64,000 nt of DNA, taken from the NCBI GenBank assembly GCA_035637455.1, contig DASPXE010000227.1, positions 12,078 to 76,077 of the forward strand, written 5' to 3'. Both the position numbers and the translations under genes were made by a program. Under the pieces are notes generated by a model. The model searched no databases. It was not told the DNA's origin and worked only from the letters and a program-made list of their open reading frames with translations. Position 1 is the stretch's first letter. Every line of letters begins with the position of its first letter. Below are positions 9,096-17,579 of the stretch, piece after piece. The DNA is from Gemmatimonadales bacterium. Its GTDB lineage: Bacteria; Gemmatimonadota; Gemmatimonadetes; Gemmatimonadales; GWC2-71-9.

Positions 9096-9230
9096 GATGC
9101 CCTCGGGAAGCATTCGGGAAGGTTGTAGGCACGGCGCGTGCCCCAACGTAAGTGACCCCCGGGGAGCCGCTTATGACATCACGCCGTAGCGAGCGTGTCA
9201 CCCGCAGAGGACACGCGGTTTGCGAAACCG

Positions 9231-12200
9231 TTAGCGGGCGAAGCTCTGCTGGTTGTAGTCGAACTTGATGTCCGGCTCGTCCAGCAGGCTCACAAAGAAC
9301 GAGAAAGCGAAGTTGCCGTTCGGGCTCTTCAAGAACGAGAAGCTCGCGTGCCAGCGGTGCAGGTCGCGCTGCAGTTGGATGACGTGCTGGCCGAATTGTT
9401 TGGTGTCGACGTCGTAGGTCGAGGTCCATGACGCCGACCAGTGCTGCGTGGGGCTGAACGACAGTCCCAGCGTGAGCTGCTGCTGGCCTCCCTGCGCCGG
9501 GGTGAGCGCGCCCACGGAGTCGGGGCGCGGCCGGATGCGGGTCCCCGAATAGGAGACGGTCAGGTTGAACCCTCGCCCACCAGCACCGGCCGCGAACTGG
9601 GGCGGCGGCCCGCCGAAAGCCCGCTGATCGATCGGGCCACCGGGCAGTTGACCCGGCAGCTGGCCGCCGGGCTGGCCGCCGGGAGTGGGACCGGGGGCAG
9701 GCGCGGCGGCACCCTTTCCGCCGCCCAGCCCGAACAGGCTGCCGATGCCACGGATCGTCGCCGGCGTGACGGAGAACGATGCCGTGATGCTCGTGAGGAA
9801 CGGGGAAAACTTCGCGGTATCGCTGCCCACGGTCCCCTGCCAGAGATCGTGCGTCAGCGCGAGGCTGAACCCAGGGAGGAGATCGGAGGCGAAGGTGTTC
9901 CCCAGCGTCTGCGTGGTCCAGCCGGTCCGCCCCGAATCCTTGGCCTGCTCGAAGTTGTAGCCGATCGAGGTGGTGTTGATGCTGAGCAACCGGATCTTGC
10001 GCGCCTCGCGGCCCGTCGTGTCCCCGGGCGGCGGCTTCAGCTTCGCCTCGAAGTTCTGCGACAGCCCCAGGCCGATAGTCTGCTGGGGATCGGTGCGCGC
10101 CTGCGTGTTCCGGCCCGTGGGGTCGAGGGCCCGGGCGAACTCTTGCGGGACCGCGGCGCCGGGCGCGTAGAAATAGCTCAGCTGCGGTGAGATCGAGTGG
10201 CGGATGCGCTGCAGCGGGCCCACGCCGGGAAAGAAGCCGAAGAACGTCGGGGACACGCTCGCGGTGAACGCGAGGCGCTTCCCCTGGTGCAGCCAGCGGC
10301 CTCCGGTGAACTGATTCCGGATCGCGTACGGCCCTGCCGTGGTGGTGTTCACGATCGACAGCCCCGGTTGCAGCTTCCACGTTCCTGTGAGCAGCGACGG
10401 CAGGTTGATACCCGTTTGCCACTCGACCCGGGTTTCGAACGTCTGGTCGTACAGGACGCGCCGGGCTCCGCCCGGCGACGTCGAATCGAACACGAACTCC
10501 GTCCGCTTGTCGCTGATCCGGTCGGTGACCTGGAAGCTGTTCGACCAGTTCCACGGCCCGATCCGCAGCGGCGTCTGAAAACTGAGCTGGGTCTCGCGTG
10601 AGTCGGCGAAGCGGGCCAGGGTGTCCGGCACGCCCCCAGGCCCCGCCACGAGCAGCGACGTCGAATCCGAGTGAAACGTCTGCTGGTTGTTGAGGGAGAA
10701 CCCGGGGGACCACGTGATCCACGACGTGATGTTCACGGGCGACGGCGTGAGGCCGATGTTCGGGAAGTTCTGCGAGATGAGGCCGTTCCCGATGTCCTGG
10801 TACCGGTTGCCTCCGATGTTGAGCGTGCCCCAGTCGAACTGCTTGGTGAAATTCAGCTGCGACCCGAGTCTGGCGGTCGCCAGGTACGGATTCGCTGTAT
10901 TGCTCTGGATGACGCTGGTATTGGTCGAGTAGTCGATGCTGGCGTTGAAGTTGGTGCGCGAAGAGAAGCTCTGCTGGTGCTGCCAGCCGACGCGGATCGA
11001 GTGGGCCGTCACGTCGAGCTGGTTGTACCAGTCGAACGAGAAGCTGCCCGTGACGAAGCGGTCGAGCCAGCGGTAGTGCGTTTGCCCCCGCAGGGCCAGG
11101 TACCGGCCCGAGTACCAGTCGCCCGACACCAGAAAATCCACGTAGTCGTTGACGACGAAATAGTAGCCCAGGCCCGCGACGTGGCGGTGGTAGCTCCGCG
11201 TGGGGCGTACGATGTCGTTCAGGCCAAAGCGGGGGACGAGGATACCGCTGCGGCGTCCCGGCCGGATGTCCTGGAAGATGAATGGCAGCCACATGATCGG
11301 AACGTCCCGCACGTACAGCACCGCGGGGCGGCCCACCATGACGGTCTTGTTGAGCCATTTCACTTTGTGCGCGCCGAAATGGTAGTCGGGCACGGGGTTG
11401 TCGTCGGAGGTGATCTGGCTGCTCGCTCCGTACAGGCGCGTGGAGCCCGAATCGACGGCCAAGTCGCCGCGCATGTACCACGTGGCACCGCCCTGCTGGA
11501 AGTGCGTCAGGGCCTGGCTCACGGTGCCCCGCCGAATGCAGGTGTCGTAGCGCATCCGCTCCCCGACGAGCACCGTACCCTGGTCGAACAGACGCGGATC
11601 GCCGGTGGCGTCGAGCCGACAGCTCGCCTGCCGGTAGCGGATCGAGTCGGACTCGAGCTTGGTGCCGTCGCGATCCACGAACGCCTGACCCCACAGCGAG
11701 ATGGCGCTGTCGCCCTCCACGAGCATCGTGTCCGCCACGTACTGCGTAACGCGGTACCCCTTGAGCTTGAGGAGCGAGTCCATCACCGCGTCCGACGGGG
11801 GAAAGCTCCGGGTAGGTCCGGTCGGCAGCCCCAGCTTGTGTGCGGTGGCGGAGTCGAGGGTACGGCCCTGCCCCGCCGAGTCGGCCCGGACGTGGGACGT
11901 GTCGGGCCGGGGCGGCGGACCTTGGGCGTGCACCCGTCCTGGCGCGGCGACAAGCAGCAACAGTACGATGCCCGCCGCGCTGGCCGCCCGCTCGCGCCGC
12001 GCGCGCCGCTTGGTGACGACCCAGGCGCAGACGATGCTCACCTCGTAGAGCAGCAGCAACGGCACCATCATGATCAGCATCGACACCGCGTCGGGCGGCG
12101 TGAGCAGCGCCGCGGCCACCGCCGAGAGCGCGATCGCGTAGCGGCGGTTCCTCGCCAGGAGCTGCGGCGTGACGAGGCCGAGGGCCGCGAGGATCACCAC

Positions 12201-12737
12201 GACCAGCGGCAGCTCGGTCACTACACCGAACCCGATCATGATCTGGGCCGCAAATCCGAAGTAGCCTTCCGCAGTGATGATCGGATCGAATACGCTCTGT
12301 TGGAACCCGAACAGCACGCGCAGAGCACGGGGCAGCACCCAGAGATAGGCGACGGTCGCCCCGCCGAGAAACAGCACCACGCCCGCCGACAGCGCCGGCA
12401 CGATCAAGCGCTTCTCGCGCGGGTATAGCGCCGGCGCGAGAAAAGCCCACGCCTGGTAGATCACCACGGGCGACGAGAGCACGAGCCCCAACACGAACGC
12501 GAACTTGAGGGTGATGAAGAACGGCTCGGTAGGGTGCGTGAACTTGAGTTTGCCGTCGGGGAGCAGCGGCTTGATCGGCTGGATCAAGAGCCCGATCACA
12601 TCCACACGCTCGACGATGACCCAGCCTGCCACCGTGGCGAGCACGATAGCGAGCAGGCTCCAAAGAATGCGCCAACGCAGCTCCTCGAGGTGATCGAGGA
12701 ACGGCATCTCGGCGCGGGCATTGGGACTCTCAGGCAC
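9231..12737 (-). CDS. single ORF encoding TatC (N-terminal ~240 aa) fused to an LptD/OstA-like outer-membrane protein (C-terminal ~880 aa)
   Basis: 1168 codons with no stop. The N-terminus reads MPFLDHLEELRWRILWSL, followed by six hydrophobic helices and YEVSIV, all typical of TatC. The C-terminus has OstA-like strands (VTQYVADTMLVEGDSAISLWGQAFVDRDGTKLESDSIRY) and the LptD signature region (PIMWLPFIFQDIRPGRRSGILVPRFG). The start is GTG at 12737 or ATG at 12707. Confidence 0.8.
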   Translation of the reverse strand: MPESPNARAEMPFLDHLEELRWRILWSLLAIVLATVAGWVIVERVDVIGLLIQPIKPLLPDGKLKFTHPTEPFFITLKFAFVLGLVLSSPVVIYQAWAFLAPALYPREKRLIVPALSAGVVLFLGGATVAYLWVLPRALRVLFGFQQSVFDPIITAEGYFGFAAQIMIGFGVVTELPLVVVILAALGLVTPQLLARNRRYAIALSAVAAALLTPPDAVSMLIMMVPLLLLYEVSIVCAWVVTKRRARRERAASAAGIVLLLLVAAPGRVHAQGPPPRPDTSHVRADSAGQGRTLDSATAHKLGLPTGPTRSFPPSDAVMDSLLKLKGYRVTQYVADTMLVEGDSAISLWGQAFVDRDGTKLESDSIRYRQASCRLDATGDPRLFDQGTVLVGERMRYDTCIRRGTVSQALTHFQQGGATWYMRGDLAVDSGSTRLYGASSQITSDDNPVPDYHFGAHKVKWLNKTVMVGRPAVLYVRDVPIMWLPFIFQDIRPGRRSGILVPRFGLNDIVRPTRSYHRHVAGLGYYFVVNDYVDFLVSGDWYSGRYLALRGQTHYRWLDRFVTGSFSFDWYNQLDVTAHSIRVGWQHQQSFSSRTNFNASIDYSTNTSVIQSNTANPYLATARLGSQLNFTKQFDWGTLNIGGNRYQDIGNGLISQNFPNIGLTPSPVNITSWITWSPGFSLNNQQTFHSDSTSLLVAGPGGVPDTLARFADSRETQLSFQTPLRIGPWNWSNSFQVTDRISDKRTEFVFDSTSPGGARRVLYDQTFETRVEWQTGINLPSLLTGTWKLQPGLSIVNTTTAGPYAIRNQFTGGRWLHQGKRLAFTASVSPTFFGFFPGVGPLQRIRHSISPQLSYFYAPGAAVPQEFARALDPTGRNTQARTDPQQTIGLGLSQNFEAKLKPPPGDTTGREARKIRLLSINTTSIGYNFEQAKDSGRTGWTTQTLGNTFASDLLPGFSLALTHDLWQGTVGSDTAKFSPFLTSITASFSVTPATIRGIGSLFGLGGGKGAAAPAPGPTPGGQPGGQLPGQLPGGPIDQRAFGGPPPQFAAGAGGRGFNLTVSYSGTRIRPRPDSVGALTPAQGGQQQLTLGLSFSPTQHWSASWTSTYDVDTKQFGQHVIQLQRDLHRWHASFSFLKSPNGNFAFSFFVSLLDEPDIKFDYNQQSFAR
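11925..12011 (-). other. signal-peptide-like junction between the TatC and LptD-like parts
   Basis: Residues 243-271 read KRRARRERAASAAGIVLLLLVAAPGRVHA, followed by QG. This gives a basic n-region, a hydrophobic core and a VHA-Q cleavage-type site. No ATG, GTG or TTG occurs in frame at the junction. Confidence 0.55.
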
Positions 12738-12814
12738 GCCGGCCCCCTCGGACCCCCCCGGCCCGCCGGCCCCCCGGGGCTGTCCGGGCCCCCAGGCGAG
12801 CGCCGCGGCGCCGG

Positions 12815-13630
12815 CTACCGCCCCAGACGCTGCAGCTTGTCGCGCGCGAGGTTGGCCTCGTCAGAGCGGGGATAGCCGGCGATCACCCGGGCGTAATACG
12901 TGCGGGCCGCCGCCTTGTCAGAACGCTGCTCCGCGAGGAGGCCCAGCTTATAGAGAGCCGCGGGGGCCCGCGACGAATTGGGGTAGGTCTTCACCACCTG
13001 TTGATACACGGCAGCCCCGGAGTCGGCGTTTTCGCCCGCCCACGTCTCCCCCACGTAAAACAGGGCGTCAGCGGCGTGCTCGTGGGTGGGGAACACGCGG
13101 AGGAATTCCCGGAAGCCGATGCGCGCGGTGGCGAGGCTGCCACGGCGGAACTGCTGCAGGGACAGATCGTACATCTGGTTCGGCCCGGGGCCGGCCGGAT
13201 TCCCCGACGGCCCGACCGGCGGGCCGGCGCCCGGCCCGGCCCCCCCGGCCCCCCCGGCCCCGCGGACCGTGTCGACCGGCGGCACGGGCTGCTGGGCGCG
13301 CTCTTCGATGCGCGCCCGAAGCTCGCTCAGGCGCTGCTGGCTCTGCCCGGTCAGCTCCTGCACCTGGACGAGCTGCTGCTGGACGGCGAGCAGGTCGGTG
13401 CGCACGTCGCCGCGCAGCTGCACGAGATAAGCCTGCTGCGCCGCGAGCGCCTGATGCACCGCGGCGAGCAGGACCCGCACCGAATCGAGCTGGGCCGCGC
13501 GCTCCGCATCGGCGCGGGCCCGCTCAGCCCGCGCCGCCTCCACCTGGAGCTCGACCTTCCGGACGTCCCCTTTCAGGGCGCATCCGGCGGCGAGCCCCAG
13601 GGCGAGCACCAGCAACGGTTTCAGAGACAT
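12815..13630 (-). CDS. cpoB: Tol-Pal system protein CpoB/YbgF
   Basis: 271 aa. Has lipobox LALGLAAGC, a coiled-coil N-half, and a C-terminal TPR block (YDLSLQQFRRGSLATARIGFREFLRVFPTHEHAADALFYVGETW). It follows pal. Confidence 0.85.
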   Translation of the reverse strand: MSLKPLLVLALGLAAGCALKGDVRKVELQVEAARAERARADAERAAQLDSVRVLLAAVHQALAAQQAYLVQLRGDVRTDLLAVQQQLVQVQELTGQSQQRLSELRARIEERAQQPVPPVDTVRGAGGAGGAGPGAGPPVGPSGNPAGPGPNQMYDLSLQQFRRGSLATARIGFREFLRVFPTHEHAADALFYVGETWAGENADSGAAVYQQVVKTYPNSSRAPAALYKLGLLAEQRSDKAAARTYYARVIAGYPRSDEANLARDKLQRLGR

Positions 13631-13641
13631 CTACGCGCGCC

Positions 13642-14256
13642 TCACGGCTGCCTCAGGGCGTCGCCGCCCGCGATGATCTCGAACTCGTCCCGGCGATTCT
13701 GCGCCCACGCCGCCTCGTCGTGTCCCTGCGCGAGCGGGCGCTCTTCGCCGTAAGACACGGTCTCGATGCGCCCCGCATCGATGCCGTGGCTCACCACGTA
13801 CTGCTTCGACGCGGTCGCCCGCCGATTCCCGAGCGCCAGGTTGTACTCGTCCGACCCACGCTCGTCGCAATGCCCGCTGATGCGGATGCGCAGATTGGGA
13901 TTCGCCTGCAGGATCGCCACCTTCTGGTCCAGAATGCTGGCGTCCTCCGACCGGATGTTCGACTTGTCGTAGTCGAAGTGAATCATCGTCGCCACCATCG
14001 TGCGCACGGCTTCGGTGGTTTTTCCCATCGCCGCGAGCGAGTCGGCAATCCGTTGCTGGCGTTGCCGCTCGGCCTCCTCGCGCGCCCGGGCGTCGGCCGC
14101 CGCCCGGTCGATCGAGTCCTGCCGTGCCTTCTCGGCCTGCGCGATCGAGTCCACGTTCTGCTGCGGGGTCACGGGCTGCGGCGGCGCCCCACCGCCGCAC
14201 GCGGTCACTGCCACTACCGCGATACCGCCGAGCAGGAGCAAGGATAGGCGTTTCAT
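13642..14256 (-). CDS. pal: peptidoglycan-associated lipoprotein Pal (OmpA family)
   Basis: MKRLSLLLLGGIAVVAVTAC is a lipobox. The OmpA-like C-terminus reads IHFDYDKSNIR...ISGHCDERGSDEYNLALGNRRA. I chose the start at 14256. Confidence 0.9.
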   Translation of the reverse strand: MKRLSLLLLGGIAVVAVTACGGGAPPQPVTPQQNVDSIAQAEKARQDSIDRAAADARAREEAERQRQQRIADSLAAMGKTTEAVRTMVATMIHFDYDKSNIRSEDASILDQKVAILQANPNLRIRISGHCDERGSDEYNLALGNRRATASKQYVVSHGIDAGRIETVSYGEERPLAQGHDEAAWAQNRRDEFEIIAGGDALRQP

Positions 14257-14276
14257 CGTGTGCGCCCTCTCCGAAT

Positions 14277-15683
14277 TCAAGGGGTGGACGAGGCGGTCTC
14301 CGGTATCCGTGGAGACCAGGCCGGCAGACGCGCGCCGCTCTGCTGCAGCAGCGGGCGGATGCGGCCGGTTTCTAGGTCGATGATCCAGAGCTGCCGGTAC
14401 CCCGAACGATCCGACACGAACGCCACATGACGGCTGTCGGGCGCCCAGGTTGGATCTTCGTTCCGCCCTAGGGAGGTGAGTTGCCGCACCGCCCGCGTCC
14501 GTACGTCGAGGACGAAGACTTGCAGGGTGCCCCCCACGTCGCGGTGGAAGGCGACGGATTGGCCGTCGGGTGACCAGTCCGGCGCGTTGGACGAACCGGT
14601 GACGCCGTAGTCGAACGGCGCGAAGAGTTGCTGGTCCGTCCCGTCCGCCGCCATCACATAGATCTGCGGCAACCCCGGGCGCGTCGAGACGAACGCGACC
14701 CGCTGGCCGTCGGGACTGTAGGTCGGTGACAAGTTGTCAGAAAAGCGCCCCACGGTCAAGCGCTGTAAACAGCAGTTGTCCTTGACGTTAACCGTGTAGA
14801 TGTCGGTGCCCTCTTCGGTCGCGCGGCTGAACGCCAGCGTCTTGCCGTCCGGGGAGAACGCCGGCGTGAAGTCGAGCGCCTGGCCCGTGGTGGCCACCGG
14901 CTGCCGCTTGCCGCTCCCGACGGGCTGGGTGAAAAGCTGTCCGTGACCAGCCCAGAACTCCATGTACGCGAAGCGCCGCCCGTCCGGCGCCCACGCGGGA
15001 GACATCGCCTGGTGATCGCTCGAGGAGACGAGCTGCCGGTCGGCGCCGTCCTGATCGATCACATACACCTTGCCGTCCATCACGAACAAGATGCGCGTGG
15101 CCGCGATGCCGCCGGTGCCCAACGTGGCTTCGAGGACATGGTCGGCCAAACGGTGCACCGCCATGCGGAACCCGGGGTCCTTGAGCGGAGGCAGCACGGC
15201 GCGAAACTCGCGCCGCACGCCGCCCGCGGCCACATCGTGCACCGCCAGAACCGTCGTGTCCGCCGCCAGCGCGATCCCGACGGCGAAATCGGCCCCCAGG
15301 GCCTGGTACAACGGGTAGTTCAGGCCTGCCGCAGCGCCCCCCCCGGCTCGCCCGCCGGTCGGCGGGCGGCCCACCGGCGACGAGGCAGCCCCACTGAAGC
15401 GGATCGAGTCTCCGCCCGGCAGCGTGATCAGCTCGAACCGGTCGCTGTAGTCCAGGTCCCGAGCGATGATCACGCGCGCCGAGTCGAGCGCTGGCGCGGG
15501 CCCCGGCAACACCACCAGTCCGGGACGGACCCCCGGGCGGTAGATGATGCCGATGCGCACGCCGCGGTCGATGGCGGACGTATCCTGGGCGGCCAGGCGG
15601 TTGGACGGGTAGACGGCTAGTAACGCCGCGGCCGCGACGCAGCCCCTAACCGCCCAACCGTCTGACCGTCTCGCCGCCTTCAT
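14277..15683 (-). CDS. tolB: Tol-Pal beta-propeller protein TolB
   Basis: Repeated propeller motifs are present (PAWAPDGRRFAY, FSPDGKTLAF, YSPDGQRVAF, WSPDGQSVAF, WAPDSRHVAF). The start forms an ATGA overlap with tolA at 15680-15683. Confidence 0.9.
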   Translation of the reverse strand: MKAARRSDGWAVRGCVAAAALLAVYPSNRLAAQDTSAIDRGVRIGIIYRPGVRPGLVVLPGPAPALDSARVIIARDLDYSDRFELITLPGGDSIRFSGAASSPVGRPPTGGRAGGGAAAGLNYPLYQALGADFAVGIALAADTTVLAVHDVAAGGVRREFRAVLPPLKDPGFRMAVHRLADHVLEATLGTGGIAATRILFVMDGKVYVIDQDGADRQLVSSSDHQAMSPAWAPDGRRFAYMEFWAGHGQLFTQPVGSGKRQPVATTGQALDFTPAFSPDGKTLAFSRATEEGTDIYTVNVKDNCCLQRLTVGRFSDNLSPTYSPDGQRVAFVSTRPGLPQIYVMAADGTDQQLFAPFDYGVTGSSNAPDWSPDGQSVAFHRDVGGTLQVFVLDVRTRAVRQLTSLGRNEDPTWAPDSRHVAFVSDRSGYRQLWIIDLETGRIRPLLQQSGARLPAWSPRIPETASSTP

Positions 15684-16369
15684 GATCGCTTCCCCGAGAA
15701 GTAGAACCGCACGAACAACACGTCGGGCGTCCATCCATCCGGTAGCGCCCCGAACGCCTTGAACCGCCCAGCCTCCTCGACCGCGCCCTGCGCTTCGAGG
15801 TCGAAGGCGAAGTTGCCGGAGCGCTTGATGAACTGCAGATCGCTCACAGAACCGTCGCGATGCACCAGGAACGACACCTCCGCTTCGAGTGGTGTGCTCT
15901 GGAGCGGACGCTGCCAGCGCCGCAGCACCTGCCCCACGATGTTCTGCAAGTACTCCGGAAACGGAAACTCGACGCCTTCGGTGCTGACCGTCGCGACATC
16001 GCTCCCGGTCGAGGGCGTCTCGCCGGGCAGCGGCGCCGTCTTGGGCGTCGTGCGGGGCGCCGCTTCGCGCTTCGTGTCGTCCGCCGTCTTGGGCGGCGCC
16101 TCTTTCGCGGCGGTGCTCTTAGGCGGCGGCTTCTTGGTGGGCACCGGAGCGGGCTTCTCTTCGGCCGGCCGCTCGACGGCTTCCGGTGCTTTGCGCTCTT
16201 CGTCGGTCGGCGCGGGAGCGGCGATTAGCCGCACCTTGTAGGTCGGCGGCGCCGGTTTGCGCGCGCCGGCCGCGCCAGCAAAGATGAACAGGCTGGCGAT
16301 TCCATGCACCAGCATCGTCCCCGCCAGGCCCAGGCCGACATTCGGGGACGCCCGGCGCCGCTGTCTCAC
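15680..16369 (-). CDS. tolA: TolA/TonB-family energy-transducer protein
   Basis: Has an N-terminal TM helix, a Pro/Lys/Ala-rich linker, and a TonB_C-like end (FPFPEYLQNIVGQVLRRWQRP...SFLVHRDGSVSDLQFIKRSG). It sits between tolR and tolB. Confidence 0.7.
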   Translation of the reverse strand: MRQRRRASPNVGLGLAGTMLVHGIASLFIFAGAAGARKPAPPTYKVRLIAAPAPTDEERKAPEAVERPAEEKPAPVPTKKPPPKSTAAKEAPPKTADDTKREAAPRTTPKTAPLPGETPSTGSDVATVSTEGVEFPFPEYLQNIVGQVLRRWQRPLQSTPLEAEVSFLVHRDGSVSDLQFIKRSGNFAFDLEAQGAVEEAGRFKAFGALPDGWTPDVLFVRFYFSGKRS

Positions 16370-16803
16370 CGCTCGATCGTCTCCGGCTCAGCAACGAGCC
16401 CGACGTCGCTCACGCCCGACGCCCGGATCACCGCGAGTACCTGGACGACGCTGGCATAGGGGACCCGACCGTCGGCCCGAAGGTACACCCCACTAGGGCG
16501 TTTGGTCCGCACCAGCGCGCCGAAGGTCGCGCGGAAATCTTCGTAGGACAACGGTGCCTGCTCGATGAAGATGCGCCCCTCCCGATCGACGGTCACGATG
16601 AGCCCCTGCTTCGGGTCGAGTGGGCGCGCCGCGGCGCGCGGCAAGCGCACGTCGACTCCGCCTTGCATGATGGGCGCGGTGATCATGAAGATGATGAGCA
16701 GCACGAAAGCCACATCCACGAGCGACGTGACGTTGATGTCGGCGTTGAGCGGCAGCTCACCGTGCCCGCGCAGCCCGCCGCCGCCGCCCAGCAAGCCGGC
16801 CAC
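16366..16803 (-). CDS. tolR: biopolymer transport protein TolR/ExbD
   Basis: 145 aa. INVTSLVDVAFVLLIIFMITAP is the typical ExbD/TolR TM segment. It forms a GTGA overlap with tolA. Confidence 0.85.
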   Translation of the reverse strand: MAGLLGGGGGLRGHGELPLNADINVTSLVDVAFVLLIIFMITAPIMQGGVDVRLPRAAARPLDPKQGLIVTVDREGRIFIEQAPLSYEDFRATFGALVRTKRPSGVYLRADGRVPYASVVQVLAVIRASGVSDVGLVAEPETIER

Positions 16804-17541
16804 TCACAGCCTCCCTTCGCGCGCCATCGTGCCGATGATCTCCTGCGCGAACCCTTCGAGCTCGCCGGCGAACAGGCCGAGGCGGTTGACGAACAGATTG
16901 TACGCCATCACGGACGGCACGGCGACGGCGAGGCCCGCCACGGTGGTGACGAGCGCCTCCGCGACGCCTGGTGCGACTGCGGCGATGTTCCCGGACCCCC
17001 CCAACGCGATCCCGATGAAGGCATCCATCACGCCGAGCACCGTGCCGAGCAGGCCGAGCAGCGGGCTGACGGACCCGAAGGTGGCGAGCCAGGGGATGAA
17101 CCGCGCGGCCGCGTCCCGCTCCGCAGCCACCTCCTTGGCGAGCACCATCCGGAGGGCTTCGAGCTGGGTGGTCGTCAGCGTGGTCGGCGGCCCGACCGTG
17201 GCGGGCCCGTCGCCCTTCAGGCCGCCCTTCAGGCTGCCCGGCTTGAGCTCCGAGAAGAACTGGATGCCCTCACGCAGCAGCCGGTTGTAGGGCGAGGAGG
17301 GCAGCCGCATCGCGGCATGATAGGCGTCCTCGAGCCGGGTCGCCCGTTCGATCTCCCCCATGAACCGGTCCGCCTGCCGTCGCATTTTCCGGAATTGCCA
17401 CCACTTGAGGAAGATGAGGTACCAGGAGACGACCGAGAAGACCACCAAGATCGCGAGCACGAACTTCGTCTCGCGGCTCGAGGTGAGCACCAGCTCCCAG
17501 GGCGTCGTCGGCACCGCCCGACCCACCTGTAGCAGCAGCAC
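16804..17541 (-). CDS. tolQ: MotA/TolQ/ExbB proton-channel protein
   Basis: 245 aa. Three TM helices, with LATFGSVSPLLGLLGTVLGVMDAF and VAEALVTTVAGLAVAVPSVMAYN typical of TolQ/ExbB. Confidence 0.85.
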   Translation of the reverse strand: MLLLQVGRAVPTTPWELVLTSSRETKFVLAILVVFSVVSWYLIFLKWWQFRKMRRQADRFMGEIERATRLEDAYHAAMRLPSSPYNRLLREGIQFFSELKPGSLKGGLKGDGPATVGPPTTLTTTQLEALRMVLAKEVAAERDAAARFIPWLATFGSVSPLLGLLGTVLGVMDAFIGIALGGSGNIAAVAPGVAEALVTTVAGLAVAVPSVMAYNLFVNRLGLFAGELEGFAQEIIGTMAREGRL

Positions 17542-17579
17542 GCGTCAGCCCTCCCCCCCAAGAAAGCGGCCGAAACAGG

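Noticed and set aside
8845-12675. A 1276-aa minus-strand ORF overlapping the TatC::LptD-like gene. Similar very long ORFs occur at 467..2134 +, 5801..7909 +, 26253..29195 +, 29122..31200 + and 41270..42895 +.
   Set aside because: Their translations are Arg/Pro/Gly/Ala-rich low-complexity strings with no recognisable motifs. Each lies in an alternative frame or antisense to a gene with clear family signatures. These are typical shadow ORFs of GC-rich DNA, where stop codons are rare.
12815-13630. The Gly/Pro/Ala-rich segment in CpoB (GAGGAGGAGPGAGPPVGPSGNPAGPGPN) and the similar GC-rich DNA in the adjacent spacer, considered as a dispersed repeat.
   Set aside because: The similarity is low-complexity (C/G runs) rather than alignable repeat units. 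A linker between the coiled coil and the TPR domain of CpoB is expected.
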